A DNA stretch of 64,000 nucleotides, taken from NCBI GenBank assembly GCA_049724395.1, contig JAUGWO010000104.1, positions 1-64,000 on the forward strand, written 5' to 3'. Below the pieces are notes generated by a model. The model was not told the origin of the DNA. It was given only the letters and a program-made list of their open reading frames with translations, and did not search any database. The translations under genes were made by a program, and so were the position numbers. Below, in pieces: positions 1 to 10,902 of the stretch (position 1 is the stretch's first letter; each line of letters opens with the position of its first letter). Origin of the DNA: Spongospora subterranea f. sp. subterranea (Eukaryota).

Positions 1-1385
1 AACAGGGAGAATATTTGAGGTGAATTATTCAAACACCAATTCAAAACCGCATATACAGAAAAATGGTATTCCACAGGACTATCCAGCACAAGTGTGTTGC
101 TGTGGATAATATATATATGACGCCCCTATATATAGAGACTAATAACAGTAATGAGTATGTAAATGACACAACACAAATGGGCTATTGGAGCCACAAAACA
201 GGAAGTACTCACAAAACTGAGAAGTGATAGCGTTAACCTAAAAATGGTCAAGGAGCAGGAACAGGATAGCAAACCCAATGGCCCAAAACAAACATTGTTC
301 AATGAGTACTCACCAGATGACACATTGTCGATCAATGGACAAGCCAAACAACGAAAATAACCACTTAACTTGCAGTACAGCTGACAGAACTGGCCAACGT
401 TATTAAGAGAAGATGTGAACTGGTACAGTACGAGAAATGACAAAATACAATGCCCATCGAGACATATCAACAGATATGTCGAGGAGTTAGTAGGAGAGAA
501 CTGAACTATTACCTACCCTGGTTGGCAGGAGAAGTCAACAAGAACATGAATAAGAGACATTGACACCCATTGAGACAGCATATAAGGACTGGATATTTCA
601 AATCAACACCAATCCCTATATTACATGCAATATCAGGATTCCCACTATTGAGAGATAAAGTCATCACTGAAACAACAATGACAGTACTCGCTGTTCAGGC
701 CAATGGGGCATTGCTGGGCAGAGAATACACGGAATGGACTGGAGAAGGAGATGGATGGACCCCACTTGGAGAGGTATGGAAAGCGCTGAGAGAGTACCAG
801 AAGATTATGAGAACATTCATGCGAGAACAGAGATATCGCCAGACATCTAAGGGACTATGGTTAATTGCCAAACATGGATGCAAAAAGGCAATAAGAAACA
901 CATAAAAGGGAAACTATTACCAAAGAACCAGATATCGAGCTATGGACAGATGGAAGTTTCAAACGAGAATAAGGTGGTGCTCCCGCACTTCTTTTTGACA
1001 ATTGCAAAATGCTCAAAAACCGCGAAGACGGAATAAGGTCCGGAAACAACAGTCAAATTAGGATCGAAAGTGGTCTCTCGTATGAATTGAGATTATGGCG
1101 CTGGAAGGACTGGTTAATCAAGACTATTGAGGCACAATTATACACATTATGACAGATTCCCTGTCATGGATAAACGAGCTAAAATCACTACCGACAAAGC
1201 CAAGAAGAGATAACGCCATCGTTGCTGAATGTGTCAAAAAACTGGCAGAGCTGATCATCGTAAATCAGGTAGATCTATACTTTAATCCAAGCCATGCGCC
1301 AGATATGGATAAGAAAGAACGCGTGGACCGCCCGATTAAACCGCCAAAAACAATCAACATAGGACAGAGCGAAGAGACTGAATAA
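1..1385 (+). mobile_element. Degenerate non-LTR retrotransposon (LINE): 3' part of RT plus RNase H, with stops and frameshifts; runs off the left edge
   Basis: Fragments in the expected order: NGIPQD (GxPQG-like, about 62), EYSPDDT (YADD-like, about 303), RTGYFKSTPIPILHAISGFPLL (post-RT motif), ELWTDGSFKRE* (RNase H, about 937), MTDSLS, and DLYFNPSH..KERVD (like WVPSH..NExAD). Confidence 0.8.
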
Positions 1386-1865
1386 GATAAGCATGTTTGC
1401 TGTATTTAATCTAATTCTAATATTACAGTGATACTAATGAAAGAGCACATTCTACCACCGTAATCCAAGGGTACTTCCAAACGGAATCAATTTTTGTTAA
1501 CAGTTGCAATATACCTTGAATCGTGCCTGGCAACAGCTCGTCGTCAACAACAACTTGTACAAGCATCGCCGAGTATTTTTTGGCAACGACACGTTAGGAT
1601 AGGCTGAAACAGATCTCCATATCCTCTTGGCCAAAAGCAAACTGGCTCTTGCCATGCCCGCTCCCGGTCAACTCAATAAACCGGCCACATTGCTTCATGG
1701 AGTTTCGGGTGTTGATGGCGTTAATGACAATGCACCGAGAGATAGTATTGAACGACGACAGTGGACGAGTGTATCAATCACGATCAGATTGAACATGGTT
1801 TATCGATATAGGGAGTAGAGAGGATGTTGTTATTGAGATAGAGGTAGATGAATTGATACGAGCAG

Positions 1866-2897
1866 TTAAACAAGCGATTCCGATAATTTATCTATACCTG
1901 TATCTGTTGATGCTCCACTCTTCATTGTATCTTTACTCTTTCCCTCAAAATACGCCATCGTTTCTAACACATCGTCGACGAAGTCCCCACTAGGCTTGTT
2001 CTTTGATTCGATGGCCAACCGGATAGCCTCATTGAATAGCGCGACAACATTGGTGCCATCGGATGCCGAGCAGAAGTAAAAAGGGAGCTGTATTGGCAGA
2101 TAAGATGGTTTAGTGACGGGACCCAGTATTATGGCAGGTCTTTACCTTCCGCTTAACTGCAAAGGCGAACTTCTTATCGGTCACCTTATAATCCGCTGAA
2201 CAATTCACGACTATCTTCAATCCTGGTAATTAGAAGAGAAATCACTATTTTACCGTCAATCTTATTCGCCACAACAATAACAGGTATATTAGGGCGATAT
2301 TGTCGTAGCTCTTTGTACCAGGCGTTGAGATTTTGATAAGTCACCTTTCGAGTGACGTCGAATGCCTGGTAGCAATGGTAAATGGAGATATGGAGCAGTA
2401 TGGAATATACTGACAAGTATACAGAGATGAGCACCATAATAATATGAGGGATGCATACTGGTAAACCGTTCTTGCCCGGCAGTATCCCAGAACTCTATCA
2501 TAACTCGTCAGGGCCAGCGGCCACACTATTGTCATATAACACAATTACCGACTGAGACCGGTTTCCCTTCGTGATGAGCTGTATGGCGAAATACGGTAAG
2601 GGCGTAGGTCGAGAGTTGCTGGGGCTGGCTGAATGGATACAAGATTAAGATCAGGACGCCAACCATCAACATTCCACTCACTAATTGTCCATTAAAAACC
2701 GCTCCACCAATCTGGTCACACAAATATATGGAATCTGAATAAGTGAATAGGGACAGCCATCTGTATTTGGCAATACTGACTTAGTCTTGCCGACAGCCGA
2801 GTCACCGAGCAGGATCAGTTTCAGGTCTGAGGTGCGGCTCAGTGTTAAGCTCGTTGATCTCCTGGGGTATCCTACCTGGATCGGGTTGTGTAGCCAT
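1866..2897 (-). CDS. RABL2: Rab-like GTPase RABL2, multi-exon
   Basis: Spliced translation MATQPDPDLKLILLGDSAVGKTKLVERFLMDNY..QQLSTYALT..FWDTAGQERFTSMHPSYYYGAH..FDVTRKVTYQNL..VANKID..YFCSASDGTNVV, with GT-AG introns. The QLSTYAL and MHxSYY motifs are RABL2-type. Confidence 0.9.
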
Positions 2898-3092
2898 TGC
2901 TTCTATGTGGGCCTGGTCTTGTCAAATTCGATTGAGACGAGAGAGCTTGGGAACCGAACTCCCACTTCTGGCGTTGAATTACCGTCCTGGCCTATTCCAG
3001 TTTGATGGGAGGTTCTGCAGTGGCATTCTCAACTATGGAGATCAGCCCTGTGTTATCGCCAGAACTGTTCAGTGACGGGTGAAAGACTTGAG

Positions 3093-3470
3093 TCGATGTG
3101 TCTCTATATCGAATGGGGTGAATTACAGCGAACTACTGTACTTTACAGGGCACTGCCGATATGTCTCTATATCGAATGGGGTGAATTACAGCGAATTACT
3201 GTACTTTACAGGGCACTGCCTGTCCCTGGTCGATATGTCTCTATATCGAATGGGGTGAATTACAGCGAATTACTGTACTTTACAGGGCACTGCCTGTCCC
3301 TGGTCGATATGTCTCTATATCGAATGGGGTGAATTACAGCGAATTACTGTACTTTACAGGGCACTGCCTGTCCCTGGTCGATATGTCTCTATATCGAATG
3401 GGGTGAATTACAGCGAATTACTGTACTTTACAGTGCAGTGCCTGTCCCTGGTCGATATGTACTCGCTATC
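3093..3470. repeat. Tandem array, 74-bp unit, about 5 copies (first copy 63 bp, last degenerate)
   Basis: Unit TCGATATGTCTCTATATCGAATGGGGTGAATTACAGCGAATTACTGTACTTTACAGGGCACTGCCTGTCCCTGG starts at 3230, 3304, 3378 and 3452 (partial), with earlier copies at about 3093 and 3156. Confidence 0.97.
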
Positions 3471-3669
3471 GTTATGGGTGGTTAACTGTTATTCGTTGTG
3501 CTGCCTATCCCCTATAATGCTGTCACTAATGGTTCAATTATCTCTGTTTGTGTTTGTTTAGTCAACTATCGCCTAGCACTTATGCTGCCGTCGCTCAGAT
3601 GACTCTATGGGAATGGGTTTTGACTCTAATCGCATACTGTTCATCACTTTGACTCCTCTATAGCGATTC

Positions 3670-3915
3670 ATCAGTAATCGCTGTGTCTCCCCGGTTGTCG
3701 GATATATTAGACAGCGCCTCTGTTAATACGATGTATTCTATTAGCTTTGGTGTCATAATCGTTCATTAATACTTGTAATTAGTGGTTGTTAATCGCAAAC
3801 TCGTGCGTCCGGTGATGTTTATCCAGACGATAATGTCTCTGTTAATGCGAGGTAGGAGTATACCAATAGCTTTTGGCGTCATAATCGTTTGTCAATACTT
3901 GTAATCAGTAATTGT
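3670..3915. repeat. Degenerate direct repeat, period about 120 bp
   Basis: CTCTGTTAAT..TAGCTTT..GTCATAATCGTT..AATACTTGTAAT.AGT occurs at about 3718-3783 and again at about 3837-3909. Confidence 0.75.
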
Positions 3916-4367
3916 TCCGTCCCGAGACGTCTTTTTCCAAAGCGTCAAAATCGAACGCACTGCGAGGGCATTGAAAATATCAAAGTACACAAGTCACTTT
4001 ATTTTTAAACGAAGGATGAACAAAATTATAAATACATTATGTTATTTAAGTGTTTCATTCATCTATTTTGCGTGCGTTGAAAGAATATCGTTTACATAAT
4101 ACATGCTCGAGCAAGTTTAATACACATGTTGATCCTCTATTTGCACATGAAATAAAATAGAGTAGTTTGAAATGGAGTTCCGAAGAACTCACAGGGCATT
4201 TGATGTTGACGCTTTGTCTCGGCATATGATAGTTACAGTAACCAGTTTCCGATAGATCCGATACCACAGTATACTGAAAATCTTTGGAGCGCACTGTGCG
4301 ATATAGTTTTGCAATGATTTGACTGTGTCACAGTCATTAGTGTACCTTATTTTGAGGGAGGGACCTG

Positions 4368-4700
4368 AGCACACCAACTTCGGTAGGTAACACACTAAGA
4401 ATGGTACTAAAACACACTTGTTTTGGGTTCTCAACACACCAATGTAAAACGTGCGTGGGATGGTATAATAGCACACTGTTTTAAGGTATGCAACACACTA
4501 AGAATGGTACTGTAGCACACTTGTTTTGGGTTCTCAACACACCAATGTAAACAGTGCGTGAGAGGAATCATAACACACTGATTTAGGTATTCAACACACT
4601 AAGAATGGTATTTTAACACACTTGTTTTGGATCGCCAACACACGAAGTAACAATAACGCCGACTATATCAAACACACTAGACTGTACGTCCAACACACAG
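4368..4700 (+). repeat. Left subterminal repeat array of the MULE
   Basis: AACACACTAAGAATGGTA recurs at 4389, 4492 and 4593 (about 102-bp unit), with AACACAC cores mostly about 22 bp apart. Confidence 0.9.
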
Positions 4701-4877
4701 GACTGCTTCGATGTGGTTGTACTGCCTGGGGGTTATTTCATTTCCGATTGGTCGAAAACGATTTGGAGGTGCCGGTATCCAATTCCATTGCTGCTACCTG
4801 GATGATAATGGACATTCGAAAGTCATTTTCGCAGTTAAATGTTTGGATTGCAACATGGCAACGGTTTATTAGGTTAA

Positions 4878-7124
4878 TCACTCCAACTGCAGCGCAGGTC
4901 CTGCGAGCCTGGGACGGCCAGGTCCAGCGACTGGATCACGGTTTCGGCGATTTGGTTCCGGACCTGGGACGGCAACACCACGGCCTCGACCAAGGCCATT
5001 AACATTCCGGTGAATGCGACCGCGGCGACGCCGGTTTACTGGTATCGACCGGTTTACCAACCGTTCGACCGGTGGGGGAACTCCTTCCACATGCCGGCCA
5101 GTAACAAAGCATGCATGCATAAAATGCACACAAATGCCGAACTTGAAAAAATATTGGCAATTACAATTGCGTGGTTCAACTGAGACTAACCACCCATCAG
5201 GTGGCATGCCCAGGCGCTCCATTCGTAAAAAATTTCTGTTATCGGTGATTTTTTTGATCGCAGAAAAATCCGCATTGTCGAGTCCATCCTCCTCATCCAC
5301 CAATGGATGCTCGAACTGAGATACCAGCACCTCCCAAGCGTTTGCAGTCAATTGAGAATGAAGTTGCCGCCCGGATCTTAGTTTGTTGAACCGCAAAATG
5401 ATACGTTTCGATGCCACTGGAGATAGATGGAACGTTCGATTATTTTCGGATTCACTTCGGCATAACTGCCTAAATTCTTCCACAAGTTGGGGGATGTGCA
5501 ATCGACGTCTGCCCAATGCCTGCAATATAACAGTCAGTTGCAGCCTGTTGAAAGACAAATATAATACCTCCTTGATTCGGGCATTGAAACCTTCGTTGGG
5601 ATTGTTGGTGGACGATCGTCCTGGTTCCGTATAATGCACAGCCCATAGCGAGAACCTACCATGTAGCCATTGAGCTTCAAAATACTGGGCAAACCGCTGG
5701 ACTGCAGGAGGACTCGTGGCGTCGCGCCAGCGGTTGATAATGATAGAGGACTTCTGAGCGAAATCGATTTCGCTGCCCGACAAATGTAGGGAATAAATAT
5801 CATGGGAAATGATTTCCCATTCGGCCCAACGAACGCCATCGCGATGGTCCCAACACTGTCATTGTCGCCTCATCAGTTGAAATTACAACAAAGGGTGAGG
5901 ACATACATTTTTGAGCAGATGAAAGAAGCACATGAGGTATGAAGAATCTCTGAACACATTGCTGACGGCGTTGATCTGAGCTCCATCAGCATCGCCCACG
6001 ATAAAGTCGGGGACGAAATTGAAATCACATTTTTCAAGGAATATGTTTTTGAGTGATAACAGCGCGTATTCACAGTCTCTCTGCTGTCTTGTGGAGCAAA
6101 TGCTCATCGACAACAGGTGGAACTTTCCCGCGAAATCAGAATATCCGACAACGAATACGGGATATGAAACCCTGTTTGTCTTGAACGTTGTGTCCATATG
6201 GCACAAAACATGAACGTCAGGGTTTGCTCTGACTATTTCAATAAACTTGGTCAGAAGGCCCTTACAAGTCAGACCTGGAAATGCAGAGTCAGTAGTGAAT
6301 TAAGTTTGATAAAGATGATACTCAACTGATGCGGAAAGGACGTTCGTCGGAACCGACTCCAACAACGACGGCACCGTCACGGTCGTTAACGCCGAAAATA
6401 AAAGCATCATTAGGGTCCTGTTCTTCCCATACCTCAGCTGGCCTGAGTGTTGCAAGTTTCGTCAAAACTGCATCAAGCGTGTCGATTTGCCCATTGTCTC
6501 GCCTAAATCGCTTGACAACGCTTTGAATCTGCTGCAGCGTAGGCATTGGAGTAATTTCTAGTTCCCCAAATTCCAATGTCCTGCGACACCGGGAAAGATG
6601 TTTTTCGAGTACTTTGGGAGTTCGATGGGGGTCTTCATCCATTAATTCTTGGATCTTGCGCTTCATAGGGCTATTGACCTGAGATTCATCCATGATTCAG
6701 CATTTACAGTAACTAAAATCCGAACAATATAGATAATTACAGTTTGTTTTGCTGGCGAGGACAGGGCATCAGCCTCAAAAAAGGCGAGGTGTTTCCCTCG
6801 AAGTAAAACCTCTGAAGATCCATCAACTGTGCAAGTATTGATGGCGTAAACAGCACCACAAAAAAGGTTTTGTTCTTCTTCAATCTCAGCAAAACATCGT
6901 ACAGACGTACATTTGGCGTAACGTCGCCGCATCTGATGGTCATCGACCGTTGCTGCATCACTGTTGTCTTCATGCAAGAAATTGCACGACGCCATCTGAG
7001 ACTTGAACACTGTGTGTGACGGTAACGCCGCCCGAATTTCTTTCAACGTGACTGCCTGGTTGATGTCAATTGCGATTGCGAGCCAATCATGATCTGCGAC
7101 ATCATGATCGGAATCGGGATCCAT
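4878..7124 (-). CDS. MULE DDE transposase with SWIM zinc finger, 5 exons
   Basis: HMDTTFKTNRVSYPVFVVGYSD (first Asp), FIVGDADGAQ (second Asp), LMCFFH, STNNPNEGFN (Glu), SWIM CNCQYFFKFGICVH. Four GT-AG introns join the ORF pieces in frame. Confidence 0.92.
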
Positions 7125-7175
7125 GATTAATCGTAAATATAAATGTCGGGGTGACCTTCAAGCAATGCGCAAATC

Positions 7176-7475
7176 TGTGTGTTCAAGACCCATGTCTACA
7201 GTGTGTTGAAGACCCATTCCTAGTGTGTTCAAGTCCCATTTCTAGTGTGTCGGTGTACCTTCTCACGCAGTCTATTTTTGTGTGTTGGAATCCCAAATGG
7301 TGGGTGTTGTCGTCCACATCCTAGTGTGTTGGAGACCCATTCCTAGTGTGTTCAAGTCCCATTTCTAGTGTGTTTATGTACCTTCTCACGCAGTTTATTT
7401 TGGTGTGTTGGAATCCCAAATGGTGGGTGTTGGAGCCCCATTTCTAGTGTGTTTAAGTCAAAATTTGGTGTGTGC
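7176..7475 (-). repeat. Right subterminal repeat array of the MULE
   Basis: GTGTGTT cores about 22 bp apart. The block GTGTGTTG.AGACCCATTCCTAGTGTGTTCAAGTCCCATTTCTAGTGTGT recurs at 7201 and 7324 (123-bp unit). Confidence 0.9.
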
Positions 7476-7763
7476 GGACCTTTTTCTCCCTTATTTTGTG
7501 CCAGTGTCCAACCATCTCGCGCGGTAGAAAAAAGCCACCGTTGGCACTGTCACAAGACCATTTCTATTAAGGCCCGAACCCTGAATTGGGACCATAAGAC
7601 CCTCAACCCCGGATCAGTTTGGCAAGAAGTCTTAGTTCTCACCACCAAATTCACACCCCCGATTTCAGCGAAAAAGTCTTAATAGAATGATTTGGTGGGG
7701 ATATTTCTACACACTTCATTCTCGACACAGTGGCCATTGCACGTCGAACGTCATTGCCGCTTC

Positions 7764-8700
7764 ATGTCGGAGTCGTTTATCGATCAGCTGAAGGAGCTGA
7801 CCGCGCTGCTCAAAGCCGGCGCGATCGACGAATCAGAGTTCTCCGCGTTAAATTGCTCGATAATTGATCGGGTGGTTGGCACACAGCCCTCACATCCATC
7901 CGCCCTAACCGCACCTGCACTGCCTGTCGTCGTATAATCAGGTGATTTGTCGTTGATTTGCACCAAGTCTGGCGGGTCTGTATCTTCGAACAAAAGGGAG
8001 ACGAGCTGTGATTTAACCCCGTCCAGGAATAGTGATGTTTCGGTTGACTCAATCAAACAGGTGCAGTCGACGCTTCACAAGTAATTTCGGTCAGAGTTTC
8101 AGTGAAAAAATGGATCTAAATTCATTGGTGTCGACTGTCGGCGCATGTTTGCAGTGTGCAAATTGAATCGTTTGCAAAGGAGATGTCAAGTGTTCAGAAC
8201 CCTGCATTTGATTTGAACCAAAATGACATTGGCGTTGATAATTCCCGGAAATAATCGGTTTTTGTCAAGCAGAATGGAGTGCTGGTCGCCGAATGCAAGT
8301 TGATGGATGAAATGAAATCTGTCCACAATCACCCAATCCTCGATTCGCAGGTCGTAGGTTTGATTGTCGCGTGTGCCTCTTCGAGCAAAAGGGAGGCGAG
8401 CTGTGATTTAACCCCGTCCAGGAATAGTGATGTTTCGGTTGGCTCAATCAAACAGGTGCAGTCATCGCTTCACAAGTTTTTCGGTCAGAGTTTCATTGAG
8501 AAAAATGGATCTAAATTTATCGCTGTCGACTGTCCGCACTCAGTCGCTGAGCGATTGTTGTGCAAAATATGTGGGAAGAAGTGTCAAACGACACAGGGAC
8601 TGATAGCGCATTGAAAAATTCATCTGTTGATGGATGAAATGAAATCTGTCCACAATCACCCAATCCTCGATTTGCAAGTGGTAGGTTTGATTGTCGCGTT
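7764..8700 (+). pseudogene. Decayed, internally duplicated coding remnant (SHOCT-like start, truncated C2H2-type finger); probably transposon-derived
   Basis: MSESFIDQLKELTALLKAGAIDESEF (SHOCT-like) and CKICGKKCQTTQGLIAH*. Duplicated blocks at about 7983-8139/8378-8534 and 8299-8372/8626-8699, with stops and frameshifts. Confidence 0.55.
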
Positions 8701-9688
8701 GTATCGTTCAATGCCGTTTGGATTCGACACGTTCGGAGAACTGATTGGTGTTGGTTCATTCGTTGCACTGGAATGCTCTTGGATCCACAAAATTCAATAA
8801 AGAGCTCTCCTGGTTTTTTCATTCCAAAAAATGCTGTGTTTCAAGACTGATCAACACCCTGAACCCAATGTCAATTTTCCAATGTCTTATTAGGATGATT
8901 TACTGTACTCAACGACCAGTTTGGCCATCCATAACGTATGAATAAATGATAGCCGGTTATTGACATAGTGCAGTTCCGCATCGACTGTCCATATCCCAAC
9001 ATACTATGGATTATCTTCTCACAAGCGTTCTCTTTTGCCATTATCACCTTTTGGTCGTCGGTAAGTTGGGGCTCTCATTTAAAAAAGCCAGCGACTCTAG
9101 ACAGTTACACGCTTCTTTAAGCGAATTGAATTCTATGCAATGCGCCAGAACAAGATCTGTTGGATTTCCAGAGCGCTTACCGGTTGTAATATACCGCAGC
9201 CAGTAATTCACAAACATGTATTCAATTCAACGCACAATAAGCTCCGACAGAAGTCAACATTTTTCATAGCCCTGTCCGAGGACCATAACATTGGACTCTT
9301 GCCGGTTGAACCTCTGCAAGGAATCAAAGTAGGTTAAAAACTTGGGAATCACAATCATCAAATCAATAGTATTTTGATAATAATATCGCCGTAATTACAA
9401 TCGAGACTGCTTCCGATCAAACACAAAAACGTACCGAGAAATCGGCAAACAGAATGTGCTCCTTTCTAGAAAGCAGACACAGGGCGATAGTCGCTTTTGA
9501 TAAAATCAGATCGGAAAGGAGTTCAGATGGGTGACTATGAAAGAGATGTGATGGACGGGCAGATGGGTCAATAAGGTCCCATCTGACAGTGATAGGGGTT
9601 ACCGGAGCACGTCATGAGTGTACTTATAAGGAGCGGGGACCACCCTTGTTACAGTACTAGCGCCACAGGGTATAACATCACTGCCATC

Positions 9689-10538
9689 ATGATCGCCAAT
9701 CGGATATTGAATAATGGGTTGGTGCGATCGTTATCTGGATCCACTGGAATCGCATATGATAGAGCCACGACTATATTATGTGTTAGGCGCGACGATAGTA
9801 TTGTCATGATCGGGGATGGCCAAGGTCATCATACATATTGCCATTTACCCGCTGACATCAGCCATAATTAACCTCCTCTCATCGCCAGTATCTCGTGGCT
9901 CCACTATTGTAAAGCCAAATGCTCGAAAAGTTCGCGTTATTGGAGACGGAAAGGTGATTATCGTGTCGTTCTAGCTATCTCTCGTCAATCTAGCACCCAC
10001 AGGTTCTAGCTGGGTTTGCCGGCGCCACAGCAGACGCCCTTACTTTACTGGAGCGGTTAGAGATGAGATTGGAGGAGCACCCAGGGCAACTGCTTAGGTC
10101 GTGTGTTGAAATGGCCAAGGCCTGGCGCACAGATAAATACCTGCGACGGCTGGGTAAGGAGCCGTATTCGGATTGGGGTTTTACATCTGGCTTATATGAT
10201 TGATAGAGGCACTTCTTGTCGTGGCCGATAAAGATGTGTCGCTAACACTTACAGGAACGGGGGACGTTCTGGAACCGCACGATGGCCTGGTCGGGATCGG
10301 ATCAGGAGGCGATTATGCTCTAGCTGCTGCTCGAGCACTGCTAACTGTCGATGGGCTAACGGCAATGGATATTGCCACACGATCTATGCGAATAGCGGCT
10401 GATATATGTGTCTATACCAATGATAGATTTGTGGTCGAACGAGCTCGGGAAATCATCAGCGTCGGCAAGCCCAGGGCGGTCCGACAAATAATACACGGTA
10501 AATGGGAAGGAAAACCCACTGAACCCATCTGTCTGTAG
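9689..10538 (+). CDS. hslV: ATP-dependent protease subunit HslV (ClpQ), probably mitochondrial, 4 exons
   Basis: Short presequence, then [89 protein letters not shown]. Confidence 0.95.
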
Positions 10539-10902
10539 TAGATAATTGTGTTTTAGCTGAATCACAGCTGTTTTACTATATTGAACTACACAACCGTTAA
10601 ACGGTCAAATAATATCGTCAGGAGGGTCCATCTTATTTTCGATCAGAATAGTGTGATATTCCTTCATTATCACCTTCATGTAAGGTGTGACCTATCATCA
10701 CTGGTGCAATGGTCAATTCCTCGTATAATTGGTCTGGATACCCGATACCGGCATTATGGGATGTCCAATGGCGAGACCATGTTTTGATTTGGTCCTCATG
10801 ATCCGTGGCGCTACACGGCTATACCTACTGATGGACGGATAACGGCCCTGATCACCGTCCTCATCACCTCGGTCTGTATCCTGGATAGGCGAGGCCATTA
10901 GG

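Larger units (their letters stand above)
4356..7490 (-). mobile_element. Autonomous Mutator-like DNA transposon (MULE), about 3135 bp, foldback-type ends
   Basis: Termini GGGAG...CTCCC. Flanks TTATTTTGA (4347-4355) and TTATTTTGT (7491-7499) form a 9-bp TSD with one mismatch. Inverted AACACAC/GTGTGTT arrays lie at both ends, with a MULE transposase between them. Confidence 0.92.

Noticed and set aside
3072..3332. 86-aa ORF across the 74-bp array
   Set aside because: The unit length is not a multiple of three and the translation simply cycles through frames.
3093..3470. Palindromic repeats resembling a CRISPR array
   Set aside because: Units are head-to-tail with no unique spacers, and no cas-like gene is present in this eukaryotic context.
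7500..9400. Possible Fanzor/TnpB cargo next to the transposon
   Set aside because: I found no RuvC-like motifs in the frames I could read by eye; a profile search would be needed to exclude it fully.
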